Source of the DNA: an uncultured Fibrobacter sp.
Lineage (GTDB): Bacteria; Fibrobacterota; Fibrobacteria; Fibrobacterales; Fibrobacteraceae
Assembly: GCA_900313675.1 (NCBI GenBank)
Contig: OMSO01000014.1
Coordinates: forward strand, 12,475-76,474
DNA length: 64,000 nt
Direction of reading: 5' to 3'
Numbering within the stretch: position 1 is the first letter of the stretch; every line of letters begins with the position of its first letter. A program made the translations under genes and the position numbers. The notes under the pieces are model-generated. The model was not told where the DNA came from and did not search any database. It saw nothing but the letters and a program-made list of their open reading frames with translations. Positions 58,909 to 64,000 of this stretch are shown here, one piece after another.

Positions 58909-60177
58909 CTACTTAATCATCCCCGCCTTGTACTTCATCTTGAGTATTCGGGCGGCGGATTCTTCGATGCGTTTTTTGTAGGTCTTGTTGTTCTTGGAAA
59001 TCTGTACCAGGTAGTTCACCATCTCTACCGCCTTTGCGGGGTAGGTAATCATGAACATATCGTTGCCTGCGGTAAGGGCGGTGCGGATAAGCTTGCGGAA
59101 ATCCTTGCGGGGGTAGCCCTTGCTTTTTACCCGTTCTGTTCCGCTGACCCAGGCCCGTAGGGACACTCCCCACAGGTCGTCGGTGAGAATCACCGTTTCC
59201 GGGTCCATATCCCGGGCCATTTTCACGATTTTCGGCTCGAATACGGCGGGGCGGCTAGAAATGCGGATAAAACGCACGCTGCTCATCATGGTCACGGGAA
59301 TGTCGTCGGAAAGCCGCTTGAAAAATTCAACATTATAGGCGATTTTATTCTTGGGGCTTGCACTGATGGCGATTTGATGGTCGCTGTTGGTCCAAGAGTC
59401 GTAACCCGGGAAATGCTTGGACACGCATACCACGCCACTTTGACGCATGCCCTGGACAAAGGCCTGGACTTTTTCGGTACTGGTGGAATCCTTTTCCCAG
59501 CTGCGGGCGCTTTCTTCCATGAAGGAATTCTTTTTCCGGTGGTCTTTGGCGGGGTCCAGCACCGGTGCCAGGTTCATGTTGATGCCAAGTTCCATCAGTT
59601 CTCCACCGATGTCCCTGGCAAGCTCCCTTACGGAATCGGTAGGCATGTCCCGCATTTCCTTGGCGCTGGGGGCGTGCTTCCATTTTTCGGAGATGCCGCC
59701 CAGGCGGTTTACAAAGCCGCCCTCCTGGTCGCTTGCCACCAGCAGGGGGATTTTCAGGCCTTCGTTGGCTTCCTTGATTCGGGACTTGAATGCCGCCGTG
59801 TCCTTCAGGTGGTTTTTCATGACCAGCACGGCTCCGAATTCGTTTTCAATCAAGAACTGGGCCGGTGAAAGGTACACCATGACCATCTGGGCGGCCTTCT
59901 GCTTGATGCTCATGGAATTCCAGAGGGGCATGAGTTCATCGGGCAGGCCGTAGGGGTTTTCTATGACTGCGGCGGTAGTGTCAGCGATGCTATCGGTGCG
60001 GGTGGTGTCTTGCTGGAGTGTGTCGGCCGTGCTGGTGACGACGACGGAATTGCTGTCGGTGCGAGTTGTGTCGGTGGTGGCAATGCTGTCGGCGCGAGTT
60101 GTGTCGGCAACAGCGGCAGTGTCCGCCCTGACAAAAGCGAAAAGCAGGAAAACTATGGGAATAAACCTAAACCGCAT
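58909..60177 (-). CDS. GH3 N-terminal-domain glycoside hydrolase (NagZ-like), exported
   Basis: SDQEGG.V.RL, NLAPVLD, KHFPG, TDDL; D-S/T-rich linker. Confidence 0.85.
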   Translation of the reverse strand: MRFRFIPIVFLLFAFVRADTAAVADTTRADSIATTDTTRTDSNSVVVTSTADTLQQDTTRTDSIADTTAAVIENPYGLPDELMPLWNSMSIKQKAAQMVMVYLSPAQFLIENEFGAVLVMKNHLKDTAAFKSRIKEANEGLKIPLLVASDQEGGFVNRLGGISEKWKHAPSAKEMRDMPTDSVRELARDIGGELMELGINMNLAPVLDPAKDHRKKNSFMEESARSWEKDSTSTEKVQAFVQGMRQSGVVCVSKHFPGYDSWTNSDHQIAISASPKNKIAYNVEFFKRLSDDIPVTMMSSVRFIRISSRPAVFEPKIVKMARDMDPETVILTDDLWGVSLRAWVSGTERVKSKGYPRKDFRKLIRTALTAGNDMFMITYPAKAVEMVNYLVQISKNNKTYKKRIEESAARILKMKYKAGMIK

Positions 60178-60190
60178 TCCACACTCTACT

Positions 60191-60243
60191 TGAGATCCTT
60201 CGACTTCGTTTATCCCGGACTTGTTCCGGGACTTAGGATGACA
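60191..60243 (-). repeat. TGTCATCC-type REP with nested hairpin
   Basis: GAGATCCTTCGACTTCG[TCCCGGACTTGTTCCGGGA]CTTAGGATGACA. Confidence 0.7.
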
Positions 60244-60249
60244 CTTTGG

Positions 60250-62688
60250 TTACACACTCTTCTTCCCAAACCGCCTGGGCTTGAATTCGCGGGGAGGGAA
60301 ATCGAACTTGAGCTTGCCTTTTTCCAGATACAGGTAGGCGTCAAACAGACGGTGGCTCTTGCTGCGGAATCCCTTGATAAGTTCCGTCTTTTCGCCGGCC
60401 AAAAGTTTCTGGATGGCCTCGAAGGGCAGTTCCTTGCCCAGGAGAATCTTAGGCAACGAGATTCCCGAAGGCAGCTTGTCCACATAACTTTGGGAAACGT
60501 AGCCCGTGAGGGTCTCGAACACGTCGGTTCCGTCCACGGGAGAAGATCCCACCTTCTTGCCGGTGTCGATTTCTTCGGGCTTGTCGTCAAAGACGAATTC
60601 GATCTTGTTCTGGTCGTTGATGATGACCACCGCCGAAAATTCGGAACCCTTCTTGCTGCGGAATCCCGTAAGGGGGCCGATCTTGCGTTTGGTCAAGAGC
60701 TCCACCACCTCTTCGTCGGTAAGGCGCTTTCCGCCAATCATCTTGCGGATGACGATGCCGTCTTCGGTCTTGTAGCGGCTCACGGTCTCGAAAACCTTCT
60801 TGCCGTTTACGGGACTGAACTTGGCTTCGCCTTCGGTGTGTTCTTCCTTGAAACCCTTGATATTCTTTACCATGGTGCGGGTCATCTCCACGATGCCCTT
60901 CATGAACTCTTCCCGGGATTCCTTGCCCTTGGAAATCAGGTCCATCTTGTATTCCCATTCGCCGGTGAGTTCCGGGCTGGTGAGGGCTTCGCAGTTCATG
61001 GCCGAAAGCACCTTGATCAGGTCAAAGGCCTTGGCGGTAGGGATCATGTCCTTGCCGTCGCGGACCACGTACTTGTCGCTGACCAGCTTTTCGATAATGG
61101 CGGCGCGGGTGGCGGGGGTGCCGAGGCCACGTTCCTTCATGGCGTCCCGCAGTTCGTCGTCTTCCACCAGCTTGCCCGCACTTTCCATCATGGAAAGGAG
61201 CGAACTTTCGGTGTAGTGGGCAGGAGGCTTGGTAAAGTCTTCTTCCGCTTCGATGGAAACGGTCTTCGCCTTGTTGCCGTTCAGTTTGGGAATGTTGGAT
61301 TCGTCGTCGCTATCCTTGCCGTAAACCGCCTTGAAACCCGGGTCCACCAGAATCTTGCCTTCGGTAAGGAAGGTTTCGCTTTCGACGGTGGTAATGCGGG
61401 TGGTGTTTAGGTATTTTGCGGGCGGGAAAAATACGGCGATGAACCGCTGGCAAATCATCTGGTAAATCTTCGCTTCTGCTTCGGAAAGGCTCTTGGGAGC
61501 GACCCCGGTGGGGATAATGGCGAAGTGGTCCGAAATTTTCGAGTTGTCAAAGACCTTGGGAGTGCGCTTGACCCAGTTGTTGTCTAGGGCCTGCTGGGCG
61601 AACTTTGCCAGAGGACCCGTAATCTTACCCAGGGTAGATTTCACAGGAGCCACGTAGTCTTCGGGCAGGTGGCGGCTGTCGGTACGGGGGTAGGTGGTGG
61701 CCTTGTGGTGTTCGTACAGGGACTGGGCTATGGAAAGGGTGGTCTTGGCGCTAAAGCCGAAACGGCTGTTGGCTTCGCGCTGCAGAGTGGTCAGGTCGTA
61801 GAGGCCTGCGCATTTCTGCTCGCTTTCGGAGGTGCTTTCTTCGATGGCGCCCGGCTTGCCCTTGCACTTTTCCAAGATGGCCTTGACCGTCTTTTCGTCA
61901 AAGATCTGTTTTTGCTTTTCCTTGCCGTCGGCCTTGAACCATTTGCCCTGGTAGTCGCTTCCGCTGTTGTCGAAATTGGCGGTGACGGTCCAGAACTTTT
62001 GGGGCTTGAACTGCAGGCGTTCCTCTTCGCGCTTGACGATAATGGCGAGGGTGGGGGTCTGCACACGGCCGCAGGGGGTAATCTGGAACCCGCCCATGGA
62101 ACTGTTGTAGGCGGTAAGCCCGCGGCTTCCGTTCATGCCCACCAGCCAGTCGGCCTCGGAGCGGCAAAGGGCGGCGTCTTTCAGGTTTTCCATGTCTTCG
62201 GCGGTACGCAGGTGCTCAAAGGCATCCTTGATGGCCGTAGGCGTCATGCTCTGCATCCAGAGGCGCTTTAGGGTCTTGCCCTTGAAGTTCCCCTTGAGCA
62301 CGTAGTCCAGTATGTAGAAGAAAATCAGTTCACCTTCGCGGCCCGCATCGCAGGCGTTGATGATGGTGGTGACGTCTTTACGCTTGATGAGTTTTCCGAG
62401 GGCGGTCAGGTGGCTCTTGGTGGTGGGGAGGGCCACCAGGGGAAACTTTTCCGGCAGCATGGGGAGGGTTTTCATGTCCCATGCCTTGTAGCGTTCGTCG
62501 ATATCCTTGGGGTCGGCGATGCCTACCAGGTGGCCGATGGCGTGGCTTACGATGGTGGTGTCGCTTTCCCAGTAGGCGGTCTCTTTCTTGAAATTCTTTG
62601 CACCCAGGACTTTGACCAGGTCAGAGGCTACGCTGGGTTTTTCGGCGATAATCAGGGTCTTTTCGGGAGCTTTCGTTTTAGTTGCCAT
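60250..62688 (-). CDS. topB: DNA topoisomerase III with C-terminal repeats
   Basis: IAEKPSVA, ACDAGREGELIF, GRVQTPTL, TYPRTDS, LGTPATRA, two GF.SK....F repeats. Confidence 0.93.
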   Translation of the reverse strand: MATKTKAPEKTLIIAEKPSVASDLVKVLGAKNFKKETAYWESDTTIVSHAIGHLVGIADPKDIDERYKAWDMKTLPMLPEKFPLVALPTTKSHLTALGKLIKRKDVTTIINACDAGREGELIFFYILDYVLKGNFKGKTLKRLWMQSMTPTAIKDAFEHLRTAEDMENLKDAALCRSEADWLVGMNGSRGLTAYNSSMGGFQITPCGRVQTPTLAIIVKREEERLQFKPQKFWTVTANFDNSGSDYQGKWFKADGKEKQKQIFDEKTVKAILEKCKGKPGAIEESTSESEQKCAGLYDLTTLQREANSRFGFSAKTTLSIAQSLYEHHKATTYPRTDSRHLPEDYVAPVKSTLGKITGPLAKFAQQALDNNWVKRTPKVFDNSKISDHFAIIPTGVAPKSLSEAEAKIYQMICQRFIAVFFPPAKYLNTTRITTVESETFLTEGKILVDPGFKAVYGKDSDDESNIPKLNGNKAKTVSIEAEEDFTKPPAHYTESSLLSMMESAGKLVEDDELRDAMKERGLGTPATRAAIIEKLVSDKYVVRDGKDMIPTAKAFDLIKVLSAMNCEALTSPELTGEWEYKMDLISKGKESREEFMKGIVEMTRTMVKNIKGFKEEHTEGEAKFSPVNGKKVFETVSRYKTEDGIVIRKMIGGKRLTDEEVVELLTKRKIGPLTGFRSKKGSEFSAVVIINDQNKIEFVFDDKPEEIDTGKKVGSSPVDGTDVFETLTGYVSQSYVDKLPSGISLPKILLGKELPFEAIQKLLAGEKTELIKGFRSKSHRLFDAYLYLEKGKLKFDFPPREFKPRRFGKKSV

Positions 62689-62706
62689 GAGACTTCCGTT
62701 CTTAAC

Positions 62707-63843
62707 TTATTTCCATTTGAAACGTCCGAACAGGCCGAACAGCACTGCCAGGACGGTAAAGGGGGCATGGACGATTTCTACGGGGATGCACCACTTGAGC
62801 AGGTGCTCCTGCCGGAATATCTTGAGCCCACGCAAAATGAGGATCAGGTCGCCCAGGCTTTTTAGGGCGAAGGCGACGAGGGTTGCAATTAAAACTTTGG
62901 TGCTGAAGGGCGAAAACGCTGCCGTGACGCAGAGCATGGTCAAAAACAGGAACACCATGGAGAGCACGAACACGATTTTCGGGGAGTAGTAGATGGTCTT
63001 GGAGGCCCAGCGCTTGCGCTGCTCCCAGAGTTCTTTCAGGGTCTCTTTGCCGTTTGTGGTCACAAAGGTGGAGGGGGTGATGCAGTAACGCATGGCGAAA
63101 GGCCGGTCGGTGGCCAGCTTTTGCATCAGAAGGTCATCGTCGCCGCTCTGGATCTTGATGACGTTCTCGAACCCGTTTACGCTCTTGAAAAAGTCCTTCC
63201 GGTAGGCCAGGTTGTTGCCCGTGCTGGTAAGGGGCAGGTGCATGGCGAGGCCCGCAGTACCTGCCACCCGGTAAATGAGGGTCTCTACCGCCTGCATGCA
63301 GATAATGAAGGGGGACTTGCCGGGAACGGTGGGGATGTAGGAATGCCCTGCCACCAGTTCGATTCCGGGCTCGAATTCCCGGAGGATTCCCGTGAGCCAC
63401 TCCCGCTGGACAATGCAGTCGGCGTCCGTAAGGCACAGGATGTCTCCTTCGCAGGCCTCGATCATCTTGCTGATGGCGTGTTTCTTGGGGCTTACGCCTT
63501 CGGGCAGGTCCTTGATGGTCAAAATATGGAGCCGTTCGGGGTGGCGGGCGCGGTATTCCTCCAGAATCTGGGGGGTGTCGTCGGTACTGCGGTCGTCGGC
63601 CACCCAAACGTCCCAAACGCCTGCATAATCCTGGTCCAGTACGGAATCCAGGGTGGCCCGGATCCCTGCGGACTCGTTCCGGGCGGCGATGAGGACGCTG
63701 ACCCTCGGGGGCGGGTTCACGGTGGAACGCCCTTCCCGGACGGTACCCAGGGCACGGTAAAAACGCACCTCTAGCCACAGGTAGAAGAGGCCGAACAGGG
63801 CAAGGAGGGCAATAAGCCCGTATGTGATAACGGTCCAAACCAT
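62707..63843 (-). CDS. GT2 glycosyltransferase with QXXRW motif
   Basis: AARNE, DDRSTD, TDADC, SGDDD, QRKRW, C-terminal TMs. Confidence 0.9.
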   Translation of the reverse strand: MVWTVITYGLIALLALFGLFYLWLEVRFYRALGTVREGRSTVNPPPRVSVLIAARNESAGIRATLDSVLDQDYAGVWDVWVADDRSTDDTPQILEEYRARHPERLHILTIKDLPEGVSPKKHAISKMIEACEGDILCLTDADCIVQREWLTGILREFEPGIELVAGHSYIPTVPGKSPFIICMQAVETLIYRVAGTAGLAMHLPLTSTGNNLAYRKDFFKSVNGFENVIKIQSGDDDLLMQKLATDRPFAMRYCITPSTFVTTNGKETLKELWEQRKRWASKTIYYSPKIVFVLSMVFLFLTMLCVTAAFSPFSTKVLIATLVAFALKSLGDLILILRGLKIFRQEHLLKWCIPVEIVHAPFTVLAVLFGLFGRFKWK

Positions 63844-64000
63844 TTTCGGGGCTAAATGTAAAAAGGTTTTTTGAAAAATTGGTCCGGCGGGGGCGGTCCG
63901 GCGGGGGCAATTTTGGATACATATATATATGTTAATGTTTATTTGGCGGAAAACGGGACATCATCGAGTGTTTGCAATTATTTTACATTGTCTATGAAAA

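Overview
A mostly GC-rich (estimated by eye) bacterial chromosomal window whose gene families (two TIGR02147-type proteins, a FISUMP/'major paralogous domain' lipoprotein, many lipoproteins) point to Fibrobacter. It is largely housekeeping: gyrB, gmk, tkt, glgP, infC-rpmI-rplT, lnt, rsmI, lpxH, gluQ, topB, an XPB-type helicase, a short RpoD-type sigma factor and three tRNAs (Thr-CGT, Gly-TCC, Gln-CTG). No integrase, transposase, prophage or CRISPR array is visible. The most unusual signal is non-coding: a modular family of palindromic elements nested inside one another (up to four levels), one copy of which sits in-frame inside gluQ and adds about 50-60 residues, plus several families of 7-bp-periodic intergenic repeats. 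Other points of interest are an intact ~1370-aa DUF4011/helicase/nuclease-like protein whose catalytic motifs are all degenerate, a duplicated rplT 3' end with a compensated terminator variant, a 26-bp-periodic alternating inverted-site array before an ATPase-nuclease gene, and a TAnnTTT promoter-like motif just upstream of tRNAs and SD-less start codons. All family calls come from motif recognition by eye; no database search was run.
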